A DNA stretch of 64,000 nt, taken from NCBI GenBank assembly GCA_963793305.1, contig CAWBZV010000003.1, positions 736,001 through 800,000 on the forward strand, written 5' to 3'. Shown one piece after another: positions 52,149 to 62,419 of this stretch. The translations under genes were made by a program, and so were the position numbers. Source of the DNA: an uncultured Gemmatimonadales bacterium. GTDB lineage: Bacteria > Gemmatimonadota > Gemmatimonadetes > Gemmatimonadales > Gemmatimonadaceae. Each line of letters opens with the position of its first letter. The stretch's first letter is position 1. Under the pieces are notes generated by a model, which worked only from the letters and a program-made list of their open reading frames with translations, was not told the DNA's origin and searched no databases.

Positions 52149-52494
52149 GGCGATCGTCGGAGCCGTCCGCGCGCTCATCGACTACGAGGCGTCGATGGCC
52201 GACTACGTCGCGCTCGCGCGCCGCGTCACTTCGTCGGGCTCCCTCAAGCGCCTGACCGCGGACCGCGCGCAGCTCGCCGGCGACCGCCGCCGCGTGCGGC
52301 GCGAGCTCAAGGCGATGCTGGCCGACTACTGCGCCGCGCTCAAGGCCGAGGGCATACCGCCCGAGCGCATGGTGATCGCGATCAAGGACCTCGCGGTCGT
52401 GGCGCTCGGTGCGCAGCAGACGTTGCAGACGAACGCATTGCGCGGCGATCTCCTCGCGTGGGCGATCGAGGGATACTACGCCGTCCCGGATTGA
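52135..52494 (+). CDS. Hypothetical protein
   Basis: Overlaps the kinase stop; LKAEGIPPERMVIAIK...WAIEGYY. Confidence 0.65.
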   Translation: METPEAIVGAVRALIDYEASMADYVALARRVTSSGSLKRLTADRAQLAGDRRRVRRELKAMLADYCAALKAEGIPPERMVIAIKDLAVVALGAQQTLQTNALRGDLLAWAIEGYYAVPD

Positions 52495-52787
52495 GACACG
52501 TCAACCCAATCGATAAAAATTCTGATCATATCGACGAGATTGCGGCTGCCGCCATCACCGATGAAGTGTCCATCGGACACACGGCAGTAGAGCCAATCGT
52601 CGTCGCCGTTCTTCCAACGGACAGCCTCGAACGGCTTGCCCTCCACGGGAGTCTCCTCTATCGGAATGGAGACTCGCCACCCGGGATTGTCCACGTTGTG
52701 GATATTGATCCCATAGCTATGCTCCCAATCGCCATCGACGTTCGAGTGATACCAGTCCTGTAGCGCTTCGAGATAGTCTCGGCCCAT
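52476..52787 (-). CDS. Imm53-family immunity protein
   Basis: LQDWYHSNVDGDWEHSYGINIHNVDNPGWRVSI...DDDW..C...F.G.G. Confidence 0.88.
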   Translation of the reverse strand: MGRDYLEALQDWYHSNVDGDWEHSYGINIHNVDNPGWRVSIPIEETPVEGKPFEAVRWKNGDDDWLYCRVSDGHFIGDGGSRNLVDMIRIFIDWVDVSQSGTA

Positions 52788-52928
52788 GTGCGTCAGCTTC
52801 CTCGCATATCAATTCGGAATTTCACCTGGCTGCGGAGGCCTCGCCGAGCCATCGGGCTCTTGGACGCGCGGTGTCTCGACCTGCCACCGAATCGTTCGTC
52901 GCGGCGAGCCAGGCGAACACGAGTGGGA

Positions 52929-54026
52929 TCATCGGCGGGTCTCGACTTCGTGGTAGACCCGAACCAAGTCACGCGCGATGGCCGCGAAGCTCAGCCGCCG
53001 TTCGAAATCCGCGGCAACGTCGTTCGATGCCTGCGGGAGCGGCCGTGTCATCGCGCGCCGGAACGCGGCGGCGAACGCGTTGGCGTCGCCGGGTGGCCAG
53101 AGCTCGCCACTCGCACCCACGATCCGTCGGAACGATGGGATGTCGCTCACGACCGGTACGACGCCGCACGCCATGGCTTCGAGCAGCGAGTACCCGCCGC
53201 TCTCGGAGTGGCTGCCGAGCACGAAATAGTCTGCGCTACTATAGATGTCCTGGAGCTCGGCGTGCGGCCTGGGCCCCAGGAGCGTGATCGCGGGATGAGC
53301 CGGGAGAGCGCTCCGGAGTGTGTCGTCAGTATAGACCATATAGAGGTGTGCGCCCGGCACCTCCGATAACGCGGACAGAAATCCCCGAACAACCGTGACC
53401 GGGTCCTTGAGCGCGATCAGCCGGCCCACCCAGAGCACGACCGGCGAGCCCGCGAGACCCGTGCGCGCTCGGGCGGCGGCGCGGTCGGCGCGCCGGAACA
53501 GCGTCGAGCCCTCGGTGATCTCGTAGATGGGCTGACGCGCCGAGATGACGCCGGCATCGAGCCACGGCTTGGCCTGGTCGCGCGTCGTGAACACGAACGC
53601 ATCGATCGGAGCGAAGCACCAGCGGTGCAACGCGCGCAGGCGGCGCGACGGTGCACCCGCGTGGTCCTGCGCGATGAGCCGCGTAGTTGCCGGAAGTGCG
53701 GCACGCAGCGCTCGGAGTTGCAGCGGGAACGTGAGACCGTTCGCGTGGACGAGCGTGGGTTCGAGGCGTCTGGCGGCGCGGTGGAAGTCCCACGGGATGT
53801 CCCAGCGGCCGAGCCCGGGGCGTAGGCGGTCCGCGTGGAAGACATACGCCACGCCGTTCCGGTCAACGCGCGCGCTGCGGTGGAACCGCTGCAGCACCGT
53901 GATCTCGACGCCCTCGGACGCGAGGGCCTCCGCGGTCCCGCTCACGGTAACGTACCGCGCGAGGAGGTCCTCGGGCGACGCCAGCTCGCGGTCGTAGGCG
54001 TAGTTCAAGTACAGGACTCGCGTCAT
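52929..54026 (-). CDS. GT4 glycosyltransferase
   Basis: VLWVGRLIALKD, FVLGSHSESGGYSLLEAMACGVVPVVSDIP. Confidence 0.9.
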   Translation of the reverse strand: MTRVLYLNYAYDRELASPEDLLARYVTVSGTAEALASEGVEITVLQRFHRSARVDRNGVAYVFHADRLRPGLGRWDIPWDFHRAARRLEPTLVHANGLTFPLQLRALRAALPATTRLIAQDHAGAPSRRLRALHRWCFAPIDAFVFTTRDQAKPWLDAGVISARQPIYEITEGSTLFRRADRAAARARTGLAGSPVVLWVGRLIALKDPVTVVRGFLSALSEVPGAHLYMVYTDDTLRSALPAHPAITLLGPRPHAELQDIYSSADYFVLGSHSESGGYSLLEAMACGVVPVVSDIPSFRRIVGASGELWPPGDANAFAAAFRRAMTRPLPQASNDVAADFERRLSFAAIARDLVRVYHEVETRR

Positions 54027-54240
54027 CAATTCAAGTCCGGCTGGACCGCGCAAGCCGTGGCGATCGTTGCGGCCAAGACGACGCCGGGCGATCTCGCTAC
54101 AAGGTTGAGACGGACGCGCGCGGGCGTTACGTCCCGCGTCACAAGTGCGATGTGACCGGGTACTGTCCTCGTCGCGTTGCCCGCTGAGTCACAGCACATT
54201 CGCCCTGTCTTCGTCGATTCCGCAATTTTGTCAGCATCCG

Positions 54241-54280
54241 CCGTTTCTCAGCGTGCCACGCCATTCCTCAGCGTGCCACA
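54241..54280. promoter_or_regulatory. 20-bp direct repeat upstream of the AraC/T2SS operon
   Basis: CCGTTTCTCAGCGTGCCACG / CCATTCCTCAGCGTGCCACA. Confidence 0.4.
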
Positions 54281-54464
54281 CGCGGCGCGTGACGTCTCAA
54301 AGTAGTCGTGTCTCCAATTCGCGTCACGTTGGCGCACGTTGTGTTTTCATGCGTGCGCAACAACCTGATAATCCACCGGCAATGGCGCGTCCTCGCAACG
54401 TGTCATATACTCGTCGCCCCGCGAAGCTCTCGTTGCTTCGTGTCACCGCCTCATCGAGCAGTCG

Positions 54465-55256
54465 ATGTCCGTCCGTCTCGCGTCATCGCTGGTGGCTGTG
54501 AACGTGTACCCCGAGCACCGGGCGCACATCGCCAGAGCCGTATGGCCGGTGTCTCGCATCGCGTTTCTGGACTACTGGGACATCGATCGACATCTCCGAC
54601 ACCAGGACGCCACCGAGGCGACGTACCTCGTCTCGATCAATCCCGTGAGTCGCTCCGAGATCAGCGACGTCATTCGCGAAATTCGTCGCGCCCGGCCGGT
54701 CACGCCGATTATCGCCTACGCCACGCTCCTCGACGACTGGGCCGTGGAAGCCGTCCGCGCGATCCAGGCTGGCGCCAACCATCTCGCGCTCCGCGGGTTC
54801 GATGACCTGCGACGCGTCATGTCGCACGTGCACGCCGACGCGCAACTCGTACCCGCGTGCGCGGATACCCTGAAGATCGTTCTCCCCTGGGTCCCGCAAC
54901 CGGCGCACACCGTCGTCGGACTCTGCACCATGCGCGCGGCGCGCACCCTGTCCGTGAACGACGTCGCGCACACGATCGGTACCAGCAAACGCTCCCTGCA
55001 CCGGCAGCTGCACTCGCTCGGCCTGCCCACCCCCGAATCCACCATCAGTTGGTGCCGGCTCTTCGTGGCCGTCTACCTCTTCGCCCTCAAACGCGAGCCC
55101 GTCGACCACGTCGCCGGTGCACTCGGCTTCGGAACCGGTGCGGAGCTCCGCAACATGCTGCGGCGATACACCGGGTGCACGCCCACCGCGACGCGCGACC
55201 CGGATGCCGTCTCGCGGCTGGCCCGACTCTATCGCCAAGCCGGGCGGACCGCATGA
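54465..55256 (+). CDS. AraC-family regulator with receiver-like N-terminus
   Basis: AVRAIQAGA; SVNDVAHTIGTSKRSLHRQL; VAGALGF...LRNMLRRYTG. Confidence 0.82.
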   Translation: MSVRLASSLVAVNVYPEHRAHIARAVWPVSRIAFLDYWDIDRHLRHQDATEATYLVSINPVSRSEISDVIREIRRARPVTPIIAYATLLDDWAVEAVRAIQAGANHLALRGFDDLRRVMSHVHADAQLVPACADTLKIVLPWVPQPAHTVVGLCTMRAARTLSVNDVAHTIGTSKRSLHRQLHSLGLPTPESTISWCRLFVAVYLFALKREPVDHVAGALGFGTGAELRNMLRRYTGCTPTATRDPDAVSRLARLYRQAGRTA

Positions 55257-56638
55257 CCACCGAGATCGCACTCGCCGACGGACTGACGCGCGACTACCTC
55301 CTCCACCATCGCGTGTGCCCCACCGGATACGCCGACGGCGGCGCCGTTCGTATCTCGGCCGCGCCCGACGCGCTGCTCGACGACGCGCTCGATGATCTCC
55401 GCTTCGTCTACGGCGCCGAGGTCGTCGTCGAGCCGGCGAGCTTGGGCAACGTCGAACGCGCCATCGAACGGCTCACCACGCGCGCGGGCCGCGACATCGA
55501 GTTGGCGCGCGTCGATCACGAGGACGAGCGCACGGCCAATGTCCGCGACCTCGCGACGCAGCCGCCGGTCGTCCGGTTCGTCAACCTGCTCGTGCGCGAC
55601 GCCTACGACGCCGGCGCGAGCGACATCCATCTCGAATCGGCCCGATCCGGACTCGGCGTCCGGTTCCGGCTGGACGGCGTGCTTGGCCCCGCGCCCGAGC
55701 CGCCGGCCGAGCTAGCCCACGCGGTCGTCTCGCGCATCAAGCTCCTGGCCGAGCTCGACATCGCCGAGCGGCGGCGGCCACAGGACGGTCGCATACGTGT
55801 ACGGCTCGAAGACCGGGAGCTCGACCTTCGCGTGTCGACCGTGCCAACACTCTTCGGCGAAAGCGTCGTGCTCCGACTACTCGATCGCGGCGGTCGACCC
55901 GTCGCACTCGAGGAGCTCGGCATGCCGGCCGGGATCCTGGCGAGCGTCAGCCGCCTCGCCGCGCGGCCCCATGGCATGATCCTCGTGACCGGGCCGACCG
56001 GTAGCGGAAAGACCACGACACTCTACTCCGCACTCCAGCGGCGCGACACGAAGGCCGAGAAAATTATCACGGTCGAGGACCCGGTCGAATATGAGTTGCC
56101 GGGGATCACCCAGGTCCCGGTGCACCGGCAAGCCGGCGTCACGTTCGCCGCCGCGCTCCGGTCCATTCTTCGCCAGGACCCCAACGTCGTCATGCTCGGC
56201 GAGATGCGCGACCCCGAGACGGCCGAAGTCGCGGTGCAAGCGGCCATGACCGGCCACGTGGTGTTCTCGACCCTGCACACGAACGACGCCGTGAGCGCGA
56301 TCCCGCGGCTCGTCGACCTCGGCGTCCCGCCCTATCTCATCGCCGCCACGCTGGACGGCGTACTCGCCCAACGCTTGGTGAGAAAAATCTGCGACGCCTG
56401 TCGCGGCGAGCAATGTCCGGCATGTCGCAACACGGGCTATCGCGGGCGGCTCGGTCTGTTCGAGCTATTCCCCGTCGACGATGAGGCAAAGCAAGCGATT
56501 GTCTCCGGCGCCTCGCGCGCCGATCTCACGGCGCTCGCCCGAACGAAAGGCATGCGAACGCTGGCCGAGGATGGCCAGACGAAAGTGGCGGCTGGGCTCA
56601 CGACTCTCGAGGAGGTACTCCGTGCGGCGGACGCGTAA
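55253..56638 (+). CDS. gspE: Type II secretion ATPase
   Basis: ASDIHLE, LDIAERRRPQDG, GPTGSGKTTT, TVEDPVEY, LRQDP, GEMRD, STLHTN. Confidence 0.95.
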   Translation: MTTEIALADGLTRDYLLHHRVCPTGYADGGAVRISAAPDALLDDALDDLRFVYGAEVVVEPASLGNVERAIERLTTRAGRDIELARVDHEDERTANVRDLATQPPVVRFVNLLVRDAYDAGASDIHLESARSGLGVRFRLDGVLGPAPEPPAELAHAVVSRIKLLAELDIAERRRPQDGRIRVRLEDRELDLRVSTVPTLFGESVVLRLLDRGGRPVALEELGMPAGILASVSRLAARPHGMILVTGPTGSGKTTTLYSALQRRDTKAEKIITVEDPVEYELPGITQVPVHRQAGVTFAAALRSILRQDPNVVMLGEMRDPETAEVAVQAAMTGHVVFSTLHTNDAVSAIPRLVDLGVPPYLIAATLDGVLAQRLVRKICDACRGEQCPACRNTGYRGRLGLFELFPVDDEAKQAIVSGASRADLTALARTKGMRTLAEDGQTKVAAGLTTLEEVLRAADA

Positions 56639-57065
56639 CGCATTTACGCTCATTGAGCTCATCGTCGTTATCGCGATCATCGCGACGCTGGCCGCCGTCG
56701 TGGCGCCGGCCGTGTTCAGAAATGTCGGCGATGCAAAAGTCGGCGCCGCGAAGAGTCAGATCGAAGTCTTCGCGCTGGCGCTCAACGCGTATCGGCTGGA
56801 CAACGACAACTTCCCGACCACTGATCAGGGCCTGGAAGCGCTGCGCACGTCGCCGACCGCCGGCGATCCACCGCGGAACTGGCGCGGGCCATACCTGAGT
56901 CGTGTCGTACCGCTCGATCCCTGGGGCCGGCCCTACGTCTATGTGGCACCCGGCAAAACGAACCCGCAGTCGTTCGATCTCTATACGCTTGGGCGAGACG
57001 GGAAGCCCGGTGGTGATGGCGAGGATGCCGACATCACCTCATGGGGCGGCCCAGTCCAGCCGTGA
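56622..57065 (+). CDS. gspG: T2SS major pseudopilin
   Basis: AFTLIEL, YRLDN..FPTTDQGLEAL, WRGPYL, DPWGRPY, GRDG. Confidence 0.95.
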   Translation: MRRTRNAFTLIELIVVIAIIATLAAVVAPAVFRNVGDAKVGAAKSQIEVFALALNAYRLDNDNFPTTDQGLEALRTSPTAGDPPRNWRGPYLSRVVPLDPWGRPYVYVAPGKTNPQSFDLYTLGRDGKPGGDGEDADITSWGGPVQP

Positions 57066-58249
57066 CGACTTCGGCGTACTCGTATCGCGCCGCGCGCGGC
57101 GATGGCACCGTGGAGCTCGGCACCGTCGATGCCGCGAGTCGGGATGCCGCGTCGAGTGTCCTCTCCGGCCGCGGCCTGTGGGTACTCAACGTCCGGCCCG
57201 CCACGCCAACCCTGACTCGCGCCAAGCTCTCGTCCGGTGAGCTGGCATTGGGACTGAGACTGCTTGGCTCGCTGCTCGACGCGGGACTGCCCGTGGCGCG
57301 CGCACTCGCCGCGTTCGCCGACGTTGCGCCCGATGGCTGGCGGCCCGCGCTCGGCGGACTCACGGCCGGTGTCCGCGAAGGACAGTCCTTAGGCGCCGCG
57401 CTCGGAGCAAGCCCGATCGACATCCCGGCCGTCGTCATCGGCATGGTGCAAGCCGGCGAAGCCGGCAGCGGCCTCTCGGCCGCCGTCATCCGTGCCGCCG
57501 ATCTCATGGAGTCGGCCGCGGCCACGCGTTCGGCAGTGCGCAGCGCGCTCGTCTACCCGGTCGTGCTCACCGTCGCCGGCTCGGGGTCACTCGTGTTGCT
57601 CGTCGGCGTCGTCCTCCCGCGATTCGCGAAGGTGCTCGCCGATCTGGGCGCCGCGCTACCGGCGAGCACGCGCGCCGTGCTCGATATCTCCGCGGTCGTG
57701 CGCGCCGGGGCGATACCGGGCGCAATCGCGTTGGCCTTGGCACTCGGTGCATGGCGGGCATGGGTCGGCACCGCGAGCGGGCGAGCGCGGTGGGACGCAT
57801 GGCTTCTCTCGCTGCCGCTCATCGGTACGATCCGACGTGCCTCCGGGACCGCACGAGTGGGAGCCGCCGTGGCGTCGCTCCTCGACAGCGGCGTGCCGAT
57901 CGCACCGGCGTTGCTCGCCGGAGCGAGAGCGAGCGGGGACGCGGCGCTCGAAGCGCGGCTCATGGAAGCGCGGGCCAGTGTCATCGCCGGGACGCCGTTG
58001 TCGAGCGCCATCGCGGCGAGCGACGCGGCGACATCGACTGTTGTGCGCCTCGTGCGAGCCGGCGAAGAGAGCGGGCGGCTGGCCGAGATGCTGAGTCGGG
58101 GGAGTGTGCTGGAGGCGGAGCGGGCACGGAGGCTCGTGAACGGTGCCGTGAAGCTCTTGGAGCCGGCGCTCATTCTCATGTTCGGCGGCATCGTCGCGTT
58201 CGTCGCCGCGGCACTGCTGCAAGCCGTGTACAGCGTGCGGCCGACATGA
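57062..58249 (+). CDS. gspF: T2SS inner-membrane platform protein
   Basis: LLDAGLPV, AGEAGS, ALVYP, GEESGRL, LLEP. Confidence 0.92.
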   Translation: MTTSAYSYRAARGDGTVELGTVDAASRDAASSVLSGRGLWVLNVRPATPTLTRAKLSSGELALGLRLLGSLLDAGLPVARALAAFADVAPDGWRPALGGLTAGVREGQSLGAALGASPIDIPAVVIGMVQAGEAGSGLSAAVIRAADLMESAAATRSAVRSALVYPVVLTVAGSGSLVLLVGVVLPRFAKVLADLGAALPASTRAVLDISAVVRAGAIPGAIALALALGAWRAWVGTASGRARWDAWLLSLPLIGTIRRASGTARVGAAVASLLDSGVPIAPALLAGARASGDAALEARLMEARASVIAGTPLSSAIAASDAATSTVVRLVRAGEESGRLAEMLSRGSVLEAERARRLVNGAVKLLEPALILMFGGIVAFVAAALLQAVYSVRPT

Positions 58250-58545
58250 ACCGACTCGGTGTCACACTGATCGAGCTCATCGTCGTGCTGGCGATCCTGA
58301 GCGTCATGGCGGGCGTGACGACGCTGGCGTTTCGGAGCGCGGACATGACGCCGCGAGTTGCGCCGTGGGTGAGCGCGATTGCCGCGGCGCGGCGGACCGC
58401 GGTGGACTCGAACCGCACGGTGAGCCTCACCGTGCGGGTAGGCGACAACGTGTATGCGGCGACCGCTCTCCCAGACGGGAGTGTCGTCGCGGACGCAGCC
58501 TTGGGCGTCGACCGGGTCACCGGAGAGGTCACGCGTGCGCCGTAG
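58246..58545 (+). CDS. Minor pseudopilin (GspH-like)
   Basis: GVTLIELIVVLAIL prepilin motif. Confidence 0.82.
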   Translation: MNRLGVTLIELIVVLAILSVMAGVTTLAFRSADMTPRVAPWVSAIAAARRTAVDSNRTVSLTVRVGDNVYAATALPDGSVVADAALGVDRVTGEVTRAP

Positions 58546-58891
58546 ACCACGTCGCGGGGTGGTGCTGCTGGAAGCGATCGTGGCGCTCACGATCCTGACC
58601 ATCGCCGCGCTGGCCAGCGCCGCGATGGTTCGGCAAGCCGTGGACGGTGTGCGCCGCGCGCAGGAGGCCGAGCACGACGTCCGTAAGGCGAGCGCCTTCA
58701 TGGAGGCGATCGCGCTCTGGCCGCGCGCCGATCTCGACCGGCACCTCGGTAATCGCGCCGAAGGCCCCTGGCGGCTCCAGATCGATCGGCCGGTGCCGAC
58801 GCTATACCTGGTTGCGCTGACGGACTCGCTGGCGCGGCGTGAGCTCGTGCGGACCGCGCTCTACAGGCCGGAGCCGCCCAGTGCGCCGTAG
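58535..58891 (+). CDS. Minor pseudopilin (GspI-like)
   Basis: RRGVVLLEAIVALTIL. Confidence 0.8.
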   Translation: MRRRPRRGVVLLEAIVALTILTIAALASAAMVRQAVDGVRRAQEAEHDVRKASAFMEAIALWPRADLDRHLGNRAEGPWRLQIDRPVPTLYLVALTDSLARRELVRTALYRPEPPSAP

Positions 58892-59420
58892 CCGGAGGCG
58901 AGGGTTCACCCTCATCGAGCTCATGGTCGCGATCACGCTGTCCGGCATCGTGCTCCTCGGCGCGCGCGCGCTGTGGGAATCGCTCGCGGGATCCGTCGAC
59001 CGGCTGCGGACCCAGGCGACTGCCGACGCCCGAGACATGAATGGCGAGCGGCTACTGCGGTCGCTCGTGGGCCGGCTCGAGGTCGGCACCGACCAATCGC
59101 ACGAGTTCGCGGGCGATGAGTCCCATGCCCAGTTCACGACGTGGTGCGATATGCCGGCCGGGTGGCAGGAGCGGTGCGACGCGGTGATCGCGATCGAGCC
59201 CGACTCGAGCGCGGGACTGAGGCTCGTCGCGCGACTCTCGACCGGTGATGTCGTCGCGCTCGAGCGCGGGTTCAGCACCGGGAAGCTCCGCTATCTCAAT
59301 GATCCCATTGGCGGGGGCGTGTGGTTCCGGATCTGGGGTCACGGGATCACGGCGCCACTGGCGATCGGCGTCATCACCGATGGCGACACCACGATCGTAC
59401 GGATCGGGGAGCGCGGGTGA
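58881..59420 (+). CDS. Minor pseudopilin (GspJ-like)
   Basis: RRGFTLIELMVAI. Confidence 0.82.
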   Translation: MRRSRRRGFTLIELMVAITLSGIVLLGARALWESLAGSVDRLRTQATADARDMNGERLLRSLVGRLEVGTDQSHEFAGDESHAQFTTWCDMPAGWQERCDAVIAIEPDSSAGLRLVARLSTGDVVALERGFSTGKLRYLNDPIGGGVWFRIWGHGITAPLAIGVITDGDTTIVRIGERG

Positions 59421-60334
59421 CGACCCGGCGAAACGGCTTCGCGTTGCTCGCGGCGCTCTGGGTGACGGTCGCCCTGAGCGCGATGGCCCTGACGGGCCTC
59501 TTGGTGGCTCGCGAGGTCATGAGCGGCTCAAGAAACCGGATCGCGCTCATGCGCGGCCAGTGGCGGGCCGAGGACTGCCTCGAGCGCGCGCGAGCGGTGA
59601 TCAATGACGCGCTGAGCGGCGGGCACGCGATCCCGCGGCCGGTCGCCGGTGGATGGGAGGCACTCGATCGCGTCGTCGCCGCGTCGCCAGCCATCACCGA
59701 CGCCGCGTGCGACGTGACGCTGGCGCCCGCGGGCATGGCGGTGGACTTGAACACGGCCGATGGCGAGCAACTGCTCGCGCTGTTCCGCGCAATGGGTATT
59801 GGCGAGCCGCGTGCCGACTCGATGGTCGACGCGCTGCTCGACTGGCGCGATGCGGACGACATCCCGCGACCGCTGGGAGCCGAGCGGAGCTGGTATCACG
59901 CGGAGGGGCGGTTCGCGCCGCGCAATGGGCCGTTCGCTGACGTCAAGGAGCTGCGCCGCGTGCGCGGGTTCGAGGATCTGCCGGACTCGATACTCGACGC
60001 GGTGTTCACGGTCGAGCCGGGGCGGATCGTATGGACGCGCGCGCCGCTCGTGGTGCTGGCGAGCCTTCCTGGCATTGGTGAGGAGGCCCTGGCGCGGATC
60101 ATCGAGCGACGCGAGCGCGGCATCTCGGTCGCGGACATGAACGCGCTCTCGGCCGACCTGTCACCCGGCGCGCGACAACTGCTCGTCGCGCGGTATGGCG
60201 ATCTCGCTCGGCTGACGACGGACCGGCCCGACTCATGGATCCTCACCGCGCGTGGGGGCAGCTACGCGATCGAAGTCCGCCTCGCCCCGGCGGGCTCGCG
60301 CGCCGCCATCGTGCGACGCCGGACGACGCCATGA
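59417..60334 (+). CDS. gspK: T2SS minor pseudopilin
   Basis: GFALLAALW, DLNTA, DALLDWRDAD, GAE..WY, PRNGPF..VKELRRVRG. Confidence 0.9.
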   Translation: MTTRRNGFALLAALWVTVALSAMALTGLLVAREVMSGSRNRIALMRGQWRAEDCLERARAVINDALSGGHAIPRPVAGGWEALDRVVAASPAITDAACDVTLAPAGMAVDLNTADGEQLLALFRAMGIGEPRADSMVDALLDWRDADDIPRPLGAERSWYHAEGRFAPRNGPFADVKELRRVRGFEDLPDSILDAVFTVEPGRIVWTRAPLVVLASLPGIGEEALARIIERRERGISVADMNALSADLSPGARQLLVARYGDLARLTTDRPDSWILTARGGSYAIEVRLAPAGSRAAIVRRRTTP

Positions 60335-61377
60335 GTCTCACCGTCGGCCTGGCCATCGAGCGCGATCGACTCCGCGCCGTCGGCGTGCGCGGGGCGCGCG
60401 TCCTCTGGGGCGTGGACGCCTCCCTCACCGACTCGACGCCGCTCGCCGACGCACTCACGGAGTTCCTGGCGCAACTGCCGCTCGGCCGATTCTCGCGGCC
60501 ACGGGTCACGATAGCGCTTGGCGCCACCTTCGCGCAAACGAAGCGACTTGCTGGCCTCCCGCCGATCGGTGATGAGCGCCTGTTGGCGCGAACCGTGAGC
60601 GAGCACGCGTCCCGGTTCTTCCTCAAGAACGGCGTCCCGCTCGTGACGACGTCGGTTCGTCTCGACGAGCACGGAAACCCATGGGGCGCCGCGCTGCAAA
60701 AGACCGTCGTCGACACGATCGTGAGCGCGTGCCGCACGAGCCGCCTTCGACTCTCCGGCATCGTGCCGGCAGTCGATGTCGCCAGGACCGAGGTCGCGGC
60801 CCTCGCGCCATTGGGCAGCGAAGCGACGCTGTTCGCGGCGGCGTACGGAGCCGCGGTGACCGCCGGCGCGCTCACGTGGCGCGCGGGAACCACGGACCAC
60901 GAGGTCGCGCCGCGCTGGCGCATGATCACCATAGCGAGCGCCGCGGGAATGGCGCTTCTCCTCGCGATCCTCGCGCCCGGCCTGGGCGCCCGCGTCGCCG
61001 AGCATCGCGCGGTTGCGCATCTGGCGACGATCGCGGCGTCGACGCGAGCGACGCAGCGCGTCGCGCGCGACTTAGGGTTGGTGACCGAGGCCCTCGGCGA
61101 GGTCGCGACGTTCGATCGCGGTCGCCGGCCGGTGACGATGCTGATGGCCGCGCTCGCCAAGGCCTTGCCGGACGGCGCGGCGTTGTTGGCGTTCCACGTC
61201 GACAGCGCGGGCGGTTCCGTTGTCGCCCTCGCGCCGCGCGCCGCTTCGCTGCTCACGCGTCTGGAAAGCGTGTCAGGGCTCGCTTCGCCGGAGATCGTGG
61301 GACCCGTGACCCGCGAGACGGCGGCCGGAAATCAGGTCGAGCGCGTGACGATCCGATTCCGGTGGAGCACGAAATGA
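60331..61377 (+). CDS. GspL/PilM-PilN-like protein
   Basis: Position in operon; cytoplasmic domain, TM, LAKALPDGA periplasmic domain. Confidence 0.7.
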   Translation: MSLTVGLAIERDRLRAVGVRGARVLWGVDASLTDSTPLADALTEFLAQLPLGRFSRPRVTIALGATFAQTKRLAGLPPIGDERLLARTVSEHASRFFLKNGVPLVTTSVRLDEHGNPWGAALQKTVVDTIVSACRTSRLRLSGIVPAVDVARTEVAALAPLGSEATLFAAAYGAAVTAGALTWRAGTTDHEVAPRWRMITIASAAGMALLLAILAPGLGARVAEHRAVAHLATIAASTRATQRVARDLGLVTEALGEVATFDRGRRPVTMLMAALAKALPDGAALLAFHVDSAGGSVVALAPRAASLLTRLESVSGLASPEIVGPVTRETAAGNQVERVTIRFRWSTK

Positions 61378-61955
61378 CGACACTCTCCGCGCGCGACCGA
61401 CGCACGCTGCTCGTGGGGAGTGCGGTCATCGCGTCCCTCGTCGTGCTTGCCAAGGGCGTTCCGGCTTGGCGCCAATGGGTGGCCGAGTCACGCTCGGGCG
61501 CCGAGGAGCAAGCGCGGGCGGCCGCGAGCGCGGATGCGCTGCTCGCGCACGCGACGCCGATGCGGGACACGCTCGCCGCGCGGAACGTGCGGTACATCGC
61601 GCTCGCGCCGGCGGTCGTGGCAGGCAATACGCTGGCCGAAGCCTCGGCGACGTTGGCGTCGCTCGTGTCGAGTGCCGCGTCCGCGGCCGGGGTCAAGTTG
61701 GGTGCGGTGCAACTCCGGTCACCGGCTGATACCGGAGGGCGCCGGGCGTTCGTGCGCGTCAGCGTCCACGCCGATCTCGTTGGCGATATCCACGGCGTCA
61801 TGGCCATGCTCGCGATCCTGGAACGCGGGCCCGCGCGACTTCGCGTGCGCGAGCTCACGGTGACGCAGCCGGATGCCAGTGCGCCGGGCGATCGCGTGGA
61901 AGCATTACGGGCGGATCTCACGGTCGAGGGAGTAGCGATGGCAAAGCGCCAATGA
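61374..61955 (+). CDS. GspM-like protein
   Basis: LSARDRRTL plus TM; ferredoxin-like C-terminus (LRVRELTV). Confidence 0.75.
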   Translation: MTTLSARDRRTLLVGSAVIASLVVLAKGVPAWRQWVAESRSGAEEQARAAASADALLAHATPMRDTLAARNVRYIALAPAVVAGNTLAEASATLASLVSSAASAAGVKLGAVQLRSPADTGGRRAFVRVSVHADLVGDIHGVMAMLAILERGPARLRVRELTVTQPDASAPGDRVEALRADLTVEGVAMAKRQ

Positions 61956-62419
61956 CGCGCGTCGAACGGGTTCTCATGGTCACCACCGCAGCCCTCGCCG
62001 CGCTCGCCGCGGTCGGTTGGTACTCGAACGCTCGCGCCGGAGCGCCAATGGGTGACTCGCTCGCGGGGGCCGCACGCGATGTCGGTGCGGCGCCTGCGGA
62101 ATCGATCGAAGCCGCCGCCGCGCGCGTGGCGGAGACAGACCCGTTTCGGATAGAACGGAAACCCGCCGCGATCGCGTACCGACCCGATCTCGAAGGGGTG
62201 GCGCCACCGCCCAAGCCGCCCAAGCCCCAGCTCGTACTCGAGGGGTTGGTCGGCGGCGCGGCGCTCATCGATGGCGCGCCGGGGCATCCCGCGACCGCCA
62301 TTGTGCACGTCGGCGATACGCTCGGCGGACTGCGCATTCGGCACATCGGCCGCGACACCGTCATCGTGTCGGGCTCGGACACGACCTGGCGACTGACCTT
62401 GAGGCACGCATGGCAATGA
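61952..62419 (+). CDS. T2SS accessory protein (GspC/PilP-like)
   Basis: TM, DPF, Pro linker, LEGLVGG..ALI, VGD. Confidence 0.6.
   Translation: MTRVERVLMVTTAALAALAAVGWYSNARAGAPMGDSLAGAARDVGAAPAESIEAAAARVAETDPFRIERKPAAIAYRPDLEGVAPPPKPPKPQLVLEGLVGGAALIDGAPGHPATAIVHVGDTLGGLRIRHIGRDTVIVSGSDTTWRLTLRHAWQ

Noticed and set aside
54329..54400. Sigma-54 promoter upstream of the T2SS operon
   Set aside because: The TGGCGC candidates lack GG-N10-GC spacing.
54857..55252. N-terminal extension of GspE (593-aa ORF)
   Set aside because: Overlaps the AraC gene in another frame; ATG 55253 overlapping the AraC stop is the better start.
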